From Malacoraja senta (Eukaryota), in NCBI GenBank assembly GCA_038087875.1, contig CM075989.1, positions 8,806,001 through 8,870,000 of the forward strand: 64,000 nucleotides of DNA, written 5' to 3'. The notes under the pieces are model-generated. The model ran no database searches and had not been told where the DNA came from. It was given only the letters and a program-made list of their open reading frames with translations. A program made the translations under genes and the position numbers. Within the stretch, counting starts at the first letter, position 1. Each line of letters begins with the position of its first letter. Below, piece by piece: positions 1 through 11,260 of this stretch.

Positions 1-1
1 T

Positions 2-898
2 ATCCACCGTCAACCCTTTTAGAATGAATTGCCAGTCAATCTTGGCCAATTCACGTCTCATACCCTCAAAGTTACCTTTCTTTAAGTTCAGAACCATTGT
101 TTCTGAATTAACAATGTCACTCTCCATCCTAATGAAGAACTCAACCATATTATGGTCACTCTTGCCCAAGGGGGCACGTACAACAAGACTGCTAACTAAC
201 CCTTCCTCATTACTCAATACCCAGTCTAAAATAGCCTGCTCTCTCGTTGGTTCCTCTACATGTTTATTTAGATAACTATCCCGCATACATTCCAAGAAAT
301 CCTCTTCCTCAGCACCCCTGCCAATTTGATTCACCCAATCTATATGTAGATTGAAGTCACCCATTATAACTGTTTTGCCTTTGTCGCACGCATTTCTAAT
401 TTCCTGTTTGATACCATCTCCAACTTCACTACTACTGTTAGGTGGCCTGTACACAACACCCATCAGCGTTTTCTGCCCCTTAGTGTTTCGCAGCTCTACC
501 CATACCGATTCCACATCCTCGAAACTAATGTCCTTCCTTTCCATTGCGTTAATCTCCTCTCTAATCAGCAATGCTACCCCGCCTCCTTTTACTTTCTCTC
601 TATCCCTCCTGAATATTGAATATCCCTGGATGTTCAGCTCCCAGCCTTGGTCACCCTGGAGCCATGTCTCCGTGATCCCAACTATATCATAGTCATTAAT
701 AGCTATCTGCACATTCAACTCATCCACCTTATTACGAATGCTCCTTGCATTGAGACACAAAGCCTTCAGGCTTGGTTTTACAACACTCTTACCCCTTATA
801 CAATTATGTTGAAAAGTGGCCCTTTTTGATTTTTGCCCTGGTTTTGTCTGCCTGCCACTTTTACTTTTCACCTTGCTACCTATTGCTTCTACCCTCAT
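2..898 (-). CDS. CR1 ORF2 N-terminus (apurinic endonuclease domain), partial, open to the window edge
   Basis: Manual translation from ATG at 898 gives ...LCLNARSIRNK...GITETWL...VYRPP...IMGDFNL...ILDWVL...GKSDHN... with no stop codon. Confidence 0.88.
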   Translation of the reverse strand, partial: MRVEAIGSKVKSKSGRQTKPGQKSKRATFQHNCIRGKSVVKPSLKALCLNARSIRNKVDELNVQIAINDYDIVGITETWLQGDQGWELNIQGYSIFRRDREKVKGGGVALLIREEINAMERKDISFEDVESVWVELRNTKGQKTLMGVVYRPPNSSSEVGDGIKQEIRNACDKGKTVIMGDFNLHIDWVNQIGRGAEEEDFLECMRDSYLNKHVEEPTREQAILDWVLSNEEGLVSSLVVRAPLGKSDHNMVEFFIRMESDIVNSETMVLNLKKGNFEGMRRELAKIDWQFILKGLTVD

Positions 899-993
899 TT
901 TACACCTCTCTGTCTCTACGCTCACACATTTAAGAAACCCTTTCCCTTTAACTCCATCCTCCACTATCCCATTCGACACCCCACCCCCCTTAT

Positions 994-1235
994 TCAGTTT
1001 AAAACCACCCGTGTAGCAGTGGCAAACCTGCCTGCCAGAATGCTGGTCCCACACCTGTTAAGATGCAATCCGTCCCTTTTGTACAGTTCCCCCTTACCCC
1101 AAAACAGATCCCAGTGATCTAAGAATCTAAATCCCTGCCCCGTGCACCAGTTCCTCAGCCACATGTTCAGGTCCCGTATCTCCCTGTTCCTGCTCTCGCC
1201 AGCACGAGGAACTGGAAGCAAACCGGAGATAACAA
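994..1235 (-). CDS. CR1 ORF1 C-terminal SGNH esterase fragment
   Basis: ORF 994..1221 reads LNMWLRNWCTGQGFRFLDHWDLFWGKGELYKRDGLHLN, including the DGLHL block of CR1 ORF1 esterases. Confidence 0.82.
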
Positions 1236-1811
1236 TGTGCAGGGATCGCTGGTCGGCGCGGACCCGATGGGCCGAAGGGCCTGTTTCCGTGCTGTACCTC
1301 TAAACTAAACTAAACTAGGCCATTTGGCCCGTCCAGTGTATGCTGCCTCTCAGAGGAATTTCTATCAATCCCGCTCCCCCGCTTATTTCCCTGTGTAACC
1401 CCTCCGCAGTTTGCGATGGGGTTCTGTGCCTGAGAACTGTTCATAACCCGATAGGTTCGCAAGTTGGAAATGTGGCCGCACATTAAAAGAAACATGGGCC
1501 AACCGTGGGCAAGTGTAGGTAAACCAGGACGTTTCACTCAACCAATGCAGGTATTGCCTGAACTGAGTTCCAACATGGCAGAAGATGTCCACAGCCCTGC
1601 AACAGCGGGCAAATCTATCCCGCCAACGTGACAACACTCGCGGGCATGTATACTGTACATACGTTGGGCGATCGTGACTGGGCAGTGCCTGTAATCTAAT
1701 CTATCTCACATGTTCATTAACTCCCTCTTGATTCTCTACCCACCTACCTGCCGTGATGCCAGTACTCAGTTGCGATAATATGGATACCAGCACAATGTGA
1801 ATCAGTCTTAA

Positions 1812-2040
1812 GTGTGACACAGTGGCGCAACTTGTAGCGTTGCTGCCTCACGACACCAGACACCCGGGTTTGATCCTAACCTCAGGTGCTGCCTGTGTGG
1901 AGTCTGCACGTCCTCCCCAGGCCACATGGGCTTCTTCAGCGTGCTTCGGTTCCCCCCCCCCCCCCACATCCCAAAGACGTGCGGGTTTGCAGCCTCCGTA
2001 AATTGCCGAATGTGTAGGCAAAGGATGTGAAAAAGGGATA
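1812..2040 (+). mobile_element. HE1/V-SINE-type tRNA-derived SINE, diverged and 3'-truncated
   Basis: A/B-box-like head (GTGGCGCA...GGTTTGATCC) plus a V-domain-like core. Confidence 0.7.
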
Positions 2041-2042
2041 AC

Positions 2043-2390
2043 ATGGGGGGGGGGGGGAAGAAAGGGGAGGGGAAGAAGAAAAGTGGGAATGGTGGGGAGA
2101 GAAAGGGGAGAGAAAGGGGGATTGGAGAAAGGGGAGAAGGAGAAGGTAGCGGAGGAGAAAGGTGGAGAGGAACAGGGAAGGGGGAGAAAGGGGGAACGGG
2201 AGAAAGGGGCAATGAGAAAGGGGGGGAGAGGGGGATAAATGGTGAAGAAAGGTGAAAAGGGAGGAAGGAAAAGGGTAAAAAAATGGGAAGGCGGGAAAGG
2301 GGAGGAGATAGGGGAGGAGAAAGGGGCAAGAAAAAGGGGGTGGTGAGCAAGGAAGATGAAGATAAAGAGGGAGGGGGAAAGGGGGGCGAA
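2043..2390. repeat. Polypurine (G/A) low-complexity tract
   Basis: About 350 bp almost entirely G and A on the + strand. Confidence 0.9.
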
Positions 2391-3109
2391 CCCATTTAGC
2401 CCATCAAATTCAAGAGCTAATCTTATTAGTCCCATCCGCTTGGTATTTTCCTCAGTACCTACACAGTTCTGTATTCTACAAACCCAACTCCCTTTTCGGA
2501 AGCCATGATGGAACCAACTCCGCCCTCTCAGATCATGAAAACTTACAGCGTGAAGCCTCTGCATCAGCCTCTGGGGACGATGTGCGCTGGGACGCACATG
2601 GGCCGGGCAAGGCCAACAGATTTCCTTTCCTGACCAACATCAGTGAACCACATGGGTTTGCAGCCACACGCCTTTAATCTCATGCTTCCAATTACTGATA
2701 ATTTCAGATTCATTTAATTCTCTGTGTTTAAATTCCCCAGCTACAGCACAGAGATTTTACCTTCTGTCTCCATTTAATAGTCTAGGATTCCACGCAATGC
2801 ACATACATCAGTCCTAAATATAGTGAGCCAGGATCTCAGTCGGGAGTCTTCTGATGAACATACATTGGTCTCATTATCCAGGGCTCCAGCTACCCTTTCC
2901 CAATAGAGTCTTAGAGTCCTACAGTGTGGACGTGGTTACCTTGGAGATAGGTTTAGATGGAATTGGCCCAACGCAGGGAGATGGGACTAGTATAGATTGT
3001 GGATGTTGGTCGGCGTGGGCAGGTGGGGCTGAAGGACTCAGTACACTGTATGACTGAGTGCAGGATAAACGTTGAGCCTCTGGACACGGTGGGATTTTAT
3101 TTTAACGAG

Positions 3110-3388
3110 AAAGCAGAGTTTAACTTTTCAATTGAAACAGGCCCTTCGGCCCAACTTGCCCACACACCGACCAACATGTCCCATCTTCACTAGTTCCACC
3201 TGCCTGAGTTTGGCCCATATCCCTCGAAACCTGTCCTATCTACGTACCTGTCTAAATGTTTCTTAACCGTTGCGATAGTACTTGCCGCAACTACCTCCTC
3301 CGGCAGCTCGTTGCATACACCCACCACCCTTTGTGTGGAAAAAGTTACCCCTCAGGTTCCTATTAAATGTTTTCCCCCTCACCTTAAA
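3110..3388 (-). mobile_element. CR1 3'-end fragment
   Basis: Matches the CR1 3' end and tail repeated throughout the window (reverse of ...GGGCCGAAGGGCCTGTTTC). Confidence 0.7.
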
Positions 3389-3644
3389 TGATTACACGGA
3401 CTGACAGGAGATCCTCAATGAAATCTGCCCTCAGCACAGTTAAAGGGTCACATCTTCTTAGGTTATCTCTGAAACCAGACGCATATTGGGAGCTTGAATT
3501 TATGAACTTCAAGTGCGCTGGAGAAATAATTAGTCCTTAAGAACCTTTAAAAACACACACGCCAGCCTTTCTCACCCGGGTCAGAGGATTCAGGGCTTGA
3601 GCTGAAATGTGGGCTGCAGTTTCAGTGGATGAAAACAATATCCT

Positions 3645-3770
3645 CCATTCACATAGCGCCTTTTACATCCCCAGCAGGGTGACCTGAAGCCCTTTACAGC
3701 AGGTGAGGTGCTTTTGAAGTGTAGTCACCGTTGTGTTGAGGGGATGCAGCAGCCAATTTCTGCACGAGCC
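3645..3770 (-). mobile_element. Old DeuSINE-like (SacSINE1/AmnSINE1-like) relic
   Basis: Reverse complement resembles the Deu domain and tail (AAATTGGCTGC...GTGACTACACTTCAAAAG...GTAAA...AAAGGCGCTAT); similar relics lie near 4545-4625 and 59430-59560. Confidence 0.5.
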
Positions 3771-4646
3771 TTGGAGACAATGTCCGGCATAGATACTTGT
3801 ACATGGAACGAGCTGCTGGAGGAGGAATGGAATCTGAAGAAGGGTTCCAACCCAAAACATCGCCGATCCTTGTCCTTGGGAGATGCTGCCTGACCCATTG
3901 AGTTACTCCAGCACTGTGTGTCCTTCACAGGTACCATCCCAATACTTAAGAAACATTGAGTTAAGTACATGGATAGGATAGGTTTAGAGGGATATGGGCC
4001 AAAAGCTGGCAGGTGGGACTTGTGTAGATGGGTCTGTTTCCAGGCTGCATGACTATGACTGAGTTAATGTTGGTCCTCAGGACACAGGGGAGGAAGAATG
4101 CCGTGGGACTTTTTTGAACCGAGTTTAACTTTTCTGTTGAAAGGCCCACCTCTAACTATGCAGCAACCCTTCGGTGTGGGACTGTGGAGCCAGCCTGGGT
4201 CTGCAGGGTGGTGTCAAGGAGTTCAGCTTGTTGGATATTAGAGAGAGACCTTTCTGTCTCTAGCTGAGGAGTGTCTCCAAGATCCCACGAAAACCTGCTG
4301 AAGCAGTGAAGGGTGGCTTCCGGTGGTCCTGTCCTGCATTCCACCCGCATCCAGCACCCAATGGGAATTATGCCCTTCAGGGAAACTAGGCGTGAGAGAG
4401 GTGGAAGGATACGGTGATAGGGTGAAAGGCAGCAGGGCAGGAGGAAGCATGCAGAGAAGACAAAGTATAGGTGGGCCAAATAGCCTGCCTCCATGCTGCA
4501 AGTTCTATGCAGTAAAGGAAAATGCAATTGCCCAGTTATTTGTCAAGCTGTTACTTTGTGGGATCTTGCTGTGTGTAGGACAACCCCTACACTTGCCTGC
4601 ACAGCAAGAGTGACTGTGGTTATCCTACACTTTATATACCGCTGCC

Positions 4647-5380
4647 CAGGCACGGAAATCGCTATCAAAATATGAGGGGAACCGGGGGACAGAGGGGACA
4701 CAATATCTTGGCGGCCGCTCGCGCATGCGTGCACATACACACGTGAGGTTTCAGAGGCCCTGTGAACGGTCATATCAGCTCAATCAGCGCTAAATGCAGC
4801 TCAACTCTGCCTGTCTCGCCTGGTTAACCTACAGCCCTGCCTGGACTAATGACATATCTCCCGTAAGTCCAGGCAGGGCTGTAGGTTAACCTGGCGGGAT
4901 AGGCAGAGTTGAGCTGGATTTAGCGCTGCTTCTCTGCGCTGGCTGTGGGCCTCGAGGCACCTCTCCCGTCTGACTCCTGACGTCTCTGGCCACCCCCGGG
5001 CGTGGGGGGCTCTCGGGTGGGGACAGGGATGCAACACCGGAGACCCGGGATCGATCTTGGCTGTGGATGAGGCACAGGTCTGTGTCCAGGGCTGCCGAGA
5101 GTGTTTTTCAATTGTGACCCTTTGACCTGGGCACGTCTCCCTCCTCCAATCACCGCACTCTATCCTCAGTCCCACCCCCATTGCCTGCTGACCGACGTCT
5201 CTCTCGTCCAATCGGCGCCCTCGGTCAGCAGTGCCACCCCCATTGTCTCGCGGATAGCGGAGATTTCACCGGGTTTTAAAATCCGGATTACAAAAAAAGG
5301 GGGGGGAGGGGGTCGTCCCCTACCTCTCAAAACAGGGGAGGGACGTGTGTCCCCTGCCACCCCCAGGATTTCCGCTCATG
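4647..5380. mobile_element. Non-autonomous hAT-like DNA transposon
   Basis: Imperfect TIRs (CAGGCACGGAAATC versus the reverse complement CATGAGCGGAAATC); 8-bp flanks CCGCTGCC (4639-4646) and CTGCTGCC (5381-5388); internal 63-bp inverted repeat. Confidence 0.65.
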
Positions 5381-5670
5381 CTGCTGCCTCACAGCGCCAG
5401 AGACCCGGGTTTGATCCTGACTACGGGTGCTGCCTGTACGGAGTTTGTACGTTCTCCCCGTGACCGGGTGGGTTTTCTCCGGGTTCCCCCCACACTCCAA
5501 AGAAGTGCAGGTTTGTAGGTTAATTGGGCTTTGGTAAAATTGTAAATTGTCCCTAGTGTGTAGGATAATGCTAGTGTACGGTGTATGGGGATCGCTGGTC
5601 GGCGCGCACTCGGTGGGCCGAAGGGCCTGTTTCGACGCTGTATTTCTAAAGCCTAAAGTAAAGTCTAAAG
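5381..5670 (+). mobile_element. HE1/V-SINE-type SINE
   Basis: B box, V-domain core GTTTGTACGTTCTCCCCGTGAC and a CR1-derived tail ending in (CTAAA)-like repeats. Confidence 0.85.
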
Positions 5671-5993
5671 ACGCGTCTGATGACCAGCCCTTGCTGACTA
5701 CATCAAGTGTTGGGTAACCAAGCCTTTACCGTATTGACCTCTGTGGCAAAGACAGCACCTCCCACACTCACGACCTCTCCCAGCTGGGAGACAGGCAGCA
5801 ACACCATGGGGAACACCACAACCTGGTCACTGTCTACCAAGCCCACACCACCCTGACTTGGTAATCTATCGCCCTTCCTTCACTGTCTCTAGGACGGTCA
5901 AAGTCCTGGCAGCCCCCTCCCCATCGACATGCCCACACCTCAAGGAAGGCAGCGGTTGACAAAGGCAGCTCACCACCACCTTCTCAAGGGCAA

Positions 5994-6402
5994 ATAATAA
6001 TAATAATAATAGATTTTATTTATATAGCGCTTTTCAGGACTCAAAGTCGCTTTACATTGAGAGTCAGGAATAAACAAAACAAAATAGAGCAGTAAGACAA
6101 AGGGGAGGGGAACATGGGACTAAGGGTATGCAGAGGTGAAGAGATGGGTCTTGAGGCGAGACTGGAAGATGGTGAGGGACTCAGAATTTCGGACCGGTTG
6201 TGGGAGGGAATTCCAGAGCCTGGGAGCTGCCCTGGAGAAGGCTCTGCCTCCAAAAGTGCAGAGGTTTGCTTTCGGAGTGGAGAGGAGACCAGCTGATGTG
6301 GATCTGAGGGACCGTGAGGGTTGGTAGGGGGAGAGGAGGTCAATGAGATAAGGGGGGGGGGGGGCAGGTTGTTGAGGGCTTTGTAGGTGAGGACCAGGAC
6401 CA
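5994..6402 (-). mobile_element. L2-clade LINE 3' end, inserted into an older LINE tail
   Basis: Frameshifted ORF2 C-terminus YKALNNL.../...YQPSRSLRS...GGRAFSRAAPRLWNSLP...FQSRLKTHLF, then the L2-type tail GTAAAGCGACTTTGAG...AAAAGCGCTATATAAAT(ATT)n. Confidence 0.85.
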
Positions 6403-7312
6403 GATTCCGGCAATAAAATTCCATCTCAGCCTGCGATGCCCACATCTCCAGAATGAAGCATGAAAAGTGCGAGACATTTCTGAGAGATGTGGTTAAGCGC
6501 TGTGTAATGCCTTGAAATCTCTCGACACGGAACAAGAACAAATTCTGAACAACCGTCCTCAGCGACAAGGTTAAATGTAACACCAGGATTCCTTATGCAA
6601 GATGTGTAAAATGGGAGCGAGATAAAGGACACATGCAAGACATTATCTACCGTGTCTGGAATGGAATCATCAATCTTACTCTATTTAAATGCACTGCAAA
6701 GAAAAGTCACTGGATGTCTTCCAAGAGACCAAATACCAAGGTCCAAACCTCACTTTTACATCATCTTTTATTATTACTTCCAATAGTCTGGATCCTGATA
6801 TCAAGTCTATACAACACTTCTGCATTGTGTCAGTTCTGGCTCAGAGGCCCGAGGGCTGAGCCAGAAAACTGTGGCTTCATACACCAGAAATTAGACACGT
6901 TATATCTGGGCTGACGCCGCCACTGTCGAACAAGGAGTGCTGCTCTTTCACAGTACCTCATTGAGTGAGTGAGTGAGGTGTGGTCCGCTGATGAGGCACT
7001 CAACAGGACATAGAAGATCTCAGTGCCACCTCATGGAGTAAGTGAAATGGGCTTTGCCTTGGGAGTCCTAGACAATATTTATCCTCCCTCCACACCCACA
7101 TGGTCTCTGTCCCATTGCTGTTGCAGATGCTGGCTGTGTGCCCATTGCTTGCCACGTGCCCAACATCACCACGATGACCATAAGTAGCCAATCTTCTATA
7201 AAGGAGCTTGGACCATCCGTACAGTGTGAAAGATGCTACAGAAATGCAAATCTTGATTTCCGCCTTCAGGAGTTCCCTTATTGCAACTCAGCCTTAGGTT
7301 TGCAGGCATCTA

Positions 7313-7641
7313 TTAGTCTAGTTTAGAGATGCAGCGCGGAAACAGGCCCTTTGGCCCACCGGGTCCGCGCCGGCGAGCGATCCCCGCACATTAACACTAT
7401 CCTACCCACACACTAGGCACACTTTGTTATAAACATTTACCAAGCCAATTAACCTACATACTGCACCTGTATGTCTTTGGAATGTGGGAGGAAACCAAAG
7501 ATCTCGGAGAAAACCCATGCAGGTCACGGGGGAGAACGCACAAACTCTGTACAAACAGCACCCTGTAGTCTGGATCAAACCCGGGTCTCTGGCGCTGCAA
7601 GCGCTGTAAGGCGGCTACTCTACCTCTGCGCCACCGTGCCG
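7313..7641 (-). mobile_element. HE1/V-SINE-type SINE
   Basis: Full head-core-tail copy in reverse orientation. Confidence 0.85.
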
Positions 7642-7699
7642 CGCCCATCCTAAGTGATTCCAACACCAAGAAAGCTGTTAAGATCCAATCAGGGTCAAT

Positions 7700-8063
7700 G
7701 TAAGGTGAGAGATTGTTAAGGGCTTGGACACGCTAGAGGCAGGAAACATGTTCCCGATGTTGGGGGAGTCCAGAACCAGGGGCCACAGTTTAAGAATAAG
7801 GAGTAACCCATTTAGAACGGAGACGAGGAAACACCTTTTCTCACAGAGAGTGGCGAGTCTGTGGAATTCTCTGCCTCAGAGGGCGGTGGAGGCCGATTCT
7901 CTGGATGCTTTCAAGAGAGAGCTAGATAGGGCTCTTAAAAATAGCAGAGTCAGGGGATATGGGGAGAAGGCAGGAATGGGGGACTGATTGGGGATGATCA
8001 GCCATGATCACATTGAATGGATCGAAGGGTCGAATGGCCTACTCCTGCACCTATTGTCTATTG
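7700..8063 (+). mobile_element. CR1 3' end
   Basis: ORF 7724..7987 reads MFPMLGESRTRGHSLRI...FSQRVASLWNSLPQRAVEA, followed by 3' UTR and a CTATTGT tail. Confidence 0.85.
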
Positions 8064-8151
8064 AGGGGCAATGTTTAAAGTAAATGTGAGAGGCAAGTTT
8101 TTTTACACAGAGTGCGGTGAGTGCCTGGAACATGCTCCCAGTGTTGGGGAC

Positions 8152-8471
8152 TTTACTTTAGACTTTAAGACTTTAGAGATACAGCATGAAAACAGGCCCT
8201 TCATCCCACAGAGTCCGCACCGACTAATGATCCCGCACACACTAACACTATCCTACACACACTAGGGACTATTTACAATTTTACCGGAGCCAATTAACCT
8301 ACAAACCTGTATGTCTTTGGAGTGTGGGTGGAAACTGTAGCACCTGGAGAAAACCCATATGGTCACAGGGAGAACATGCAAACTCCGTACACTCAGCACC
8401 CACAGTCAAGATCGATCCCAGGTCTCTGGCGCTGTAAGGCAGCAACTCTACCGCTGCACCACCATGCTGCC
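8152..8471 (-). mobile_element. HE1/V-SINE-type SINE
   Basis: Reverse-orientation copy nested in a CR1 3' fragment. Confidence 0.8.
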
Positions 8472-8611
8472 CAAATGGTGGTGGAGGCAGATATGGTGGC
8501 GCTGTTTAAGAGGCTTTTCCTGCCCTTTGGTTAAGGTTTAGAGAGATTTGGGCCAAACGTGGGCAGGTGGGACTAGTGTAGATGGAGCATCTTGGTTGGA
8601 ATGGGCAAGTT

Positions 8612-9576
8612 ATAATAATAATAATAATAATAATATCATTATTTACTGCGCCTTTCTAAAACCCAAGGACACCTTACAATGCATAGAATCACAAAAAAAT
8701 ACAAAACACATAATCGGAATAAATTAAATATAAAAACACCACAGTACACAAATCAAGGACAGAATTCAATTTCAAGAGCACCAAAAGAAAATAAGAAACA
8801 CAATTTGAGGAGAGAGCAGCGGCGACCAATTCGCGCCAGCGTCCACTCTCCCCTCCGACCGCCATCTTGTACACGGACTAACAGGCACAGCACACAAAAT
8901 CATCCCCCCACAATGACCACCACTGTGGGGGAAGGCACAATGTCCAGTCCCCAACCCCAGTTCTCCCCAGAGTCAGGCCCATCGAGGCCACCACAGTTGC
9001 CTCTACGAGGCCCGATGTTCCTGGCCGTCGGGAGAGTCCTCGCAGCGGCTGGAACGGCCGGTTTCCCAGCGGAGTCGATGGCACCTGAAGCCGACAAGGC
9101 CGCGCCGAGTTGGAGCCACGAGGCTCCCGATGTAAAAGTCGGCGCCGCCGCCCGCGGCTGGTCGCTCCGCAGCCCCGCAGCCCGGAGGTGTTGTTGTCGG
9201 CGGTCAATGCATACCGGAGCTCCATCGCGTCGACCCAGCGCGGCGACCCAGGCAAGGCATCGCCCGCTACGCTCCCCGATAGCGCTCCAGCGCTGTGCCG
9301 CCGACCGAAGCTGAAGGTGATGGGCGGTCCCCGTCAGGAAACTGCGCTCCAGGCCCACTGGTAGGCCACGAGGACGGGTCGACGAGGCAGCCTGGAGAAA
9401 AAGCTGCCTCACCGACCAGGTAGGGACCCAGAAATAGTTTCCCCCCTTACCCCCCCACATTAAAAGTGAAAACCCCCCAAACAAAGAAATAAATAAAAAA
9501 CACTAAAACTAAAGAAAGAGTGAATTTGACGGACGACTGCTGTTTAGCAGCCGTTCCTCCAAGATGGCGGCTCCTC
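8612..9576 (-). mobile_element. GC-rich non-autonomous retroelement with an L2-type 3' tail
   Basis: (ATT)n tail and GTAAGGTGTCCTTGGG...AAAGGCGC motif on the minus strand; interrupts a CR1 tail with AGTT duplicated at 8608-8611 and 9577-9580. Confidence 0.6.
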
Positions 9577-10169
9577 AGTTGGGCTGAAGGGCCTGTTTCC
9601 ATGCTGTATGACTCTATGTTTCTTGGTGATGTCCTGCACAATGAACTTTGACCTTTCACCAGGTAACTCTGGATGAAGGCGAAGCTTCCACTGGGACTTC
9701 CATCATCAACAACCTCGCCGACTTTTCACTTGGGACAAGTTCTTGAAATCTTAGAATACCCTCACTACCAAACTCCCTTTTTTTGTTTCCATCTCATTTT
9801 CCTGGCATCCGTACGAACGATCTGGATTTGATCCACATCTCCAGTGATTTGTGAGGTTTCACGGAGCTGCAGAGCAAACTGTGGTTGACGGGCCCGCTTC
9901 AGAGACGCCCTCAGCATCACGGCTACCCCTGGCTGCCTGACGTCAAGGCAAAACCAGGTCATCTCTCGCACATCTGCTCTCCCACTTCATGGGCAACATC
10001 TGCCCACACCAGCACCTTGACAACTGCTGGCCACCCAACAGATTGACAGCACCTACCTCGCCAGCAGTGTGGAAACACCCCTCCTCCTGTCGCCACAACT
10101 AAACATGCCCAGTTATCACCATGGCAATGCCAACCCACTCTGCACCATGGCAACCTGAAGAAGGGTCTT

Positions 10170-10416
10170 AACATAGAAACATGGAAACAGGTGCAAGAGT
10201 AGGGCCATGTGGCCCTTTGAGCCCGCTCCGCCATTCACATGATCATGGCTGATCATCCTAAATCAGTACCCCCGTTCCTGCTTTCTCCCCATATCCTTTG
10301 ATTCCGTTAGGCCTAGGAGCTATATCTAACTCTCTCTTGAAAACATCCAGTGAATTGGCCTCCACTGCCATCTATGGCAGAAAATTCCACTCACTGACTC
10401 TGTGGCAGAGAATTCC
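10170..10416 (-). mobile_element. CR1 3' end inserted into a Penelope-type terminal repeat
   Basis: CR1 3' UTR splits CTGAAGAAGGGTCTT (10155-10169) from GACCCAAAACGTCACC (10419 onward). Confidence 0.75.
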
Positions 10417-10656
10417 TTGACCCAAAACGTCACCTATCCATGTTCTCCAGAGATGCTGCCAGACATGTTGAGTTACTCAGTGCTTTGTGTCCTTCTATGG
10501 CAAAACCTACCCACCCAATGTCACAGTCACTGCACAGTTGTCACAGATAGCATTTACCTCCCATGTTCGGTGGTACTGAGGTCAATGGCTCTGCCTGCAG
10601 TATGCCTTGAGGTTAATGGGAACTACAAACCTGGGAAGGGTTGAACGTCCCTTTAA

Positions 10657-10931
10657 GGGTGGCATAGTGGCGCAGTGGTAGAGTTGCTGCCTTACAGCAC
10701 CAGAGACCCAGGTTCAATCCTGACTACGGGTGCTGTAGGTAAGGAGTTTGTACGTTCTCCCTGTGACCGCGTGGTTTCCTCCCACATTCCAAAGATATGC
10801 AGTTTTGCAGGTTAATTAGCTTCTGTAAATTGTCCCTAGTTGTGTAGGGTAGAACTAGTGTACGGGTGATCGCTGGTCGGCGTGGACTCGGTGGGCCGAA
10901 GGGCCTGTTTCCATGCTGTGGCTCTGAGCTA
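10657..10931 (+). mobile_element. HE1/V-SINE-type SINE
   Basis: A box GTGGCGCAGTGG, B box GGTTCAATCC, V core and tail. Confidence 0.85.
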
Positions 10932-11054
10932 AGCTGCTGACATCGCAAGCGGCCCAGGAGTCACGGGGTGGTAGTGCAGCCTGCGCTGTCTAGTGGCTGT
11001 TCATGAGGTTGCTACAAGGATAAACAACGCTCAAGAACCCTCCAGTTTGTGACG

Positions 11055-11260
11055 TTTTTTTATAATTACACGTCTTTTCTGTGCAGTGTGACAGAGGTGC
11101 TAATCATGTCAGCTTCCTGCTTAATTACTCAGATTAATTATTCAACTAATTATTCAGATCCCAAATAAATGCTAATTATCAAACGCCCAGACCACTCCTC
11201 TCTCCAATGTAATTAAAGGAGATGATTGCTACCGGTGTTACTCACAATTATAATACTTAA
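11055..11260. promoter_or_regulatory. Candidate conserved non-coding element or enhancer (homeodomain-site cluster)
   Basis: Six TAATTA hexamers within 153 bp plus TGACAG, in non-repeat DNA; conservation not tested. Confidence 0.45.

Larger units (their letters stand above)
1..1235 (-). mobile_element. CR1-clade LINE, 5'-truncated inside ORF1, running off the window's left edge
   Basis: C-terminus of an SGNH-esterase-type ORF1 followed by an open ORF2 with an APE endonuclease domain, in the order typical of CR1. Confidence 0.9.

Noticed and set aside
1808..2597. Long Pro/Leu/Phe-rich and Gly/Glu-rich ORFs (also 34540-35254 and 44329-44775)
   Set aside because: They are artefacts of polypurine/polypyrimidine tracts.
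8679..9484. Overlapping 125-211 aa ORFs
   Set aside because: GC-rich repeat interior with no recognisable domain and ORFs on both strands.
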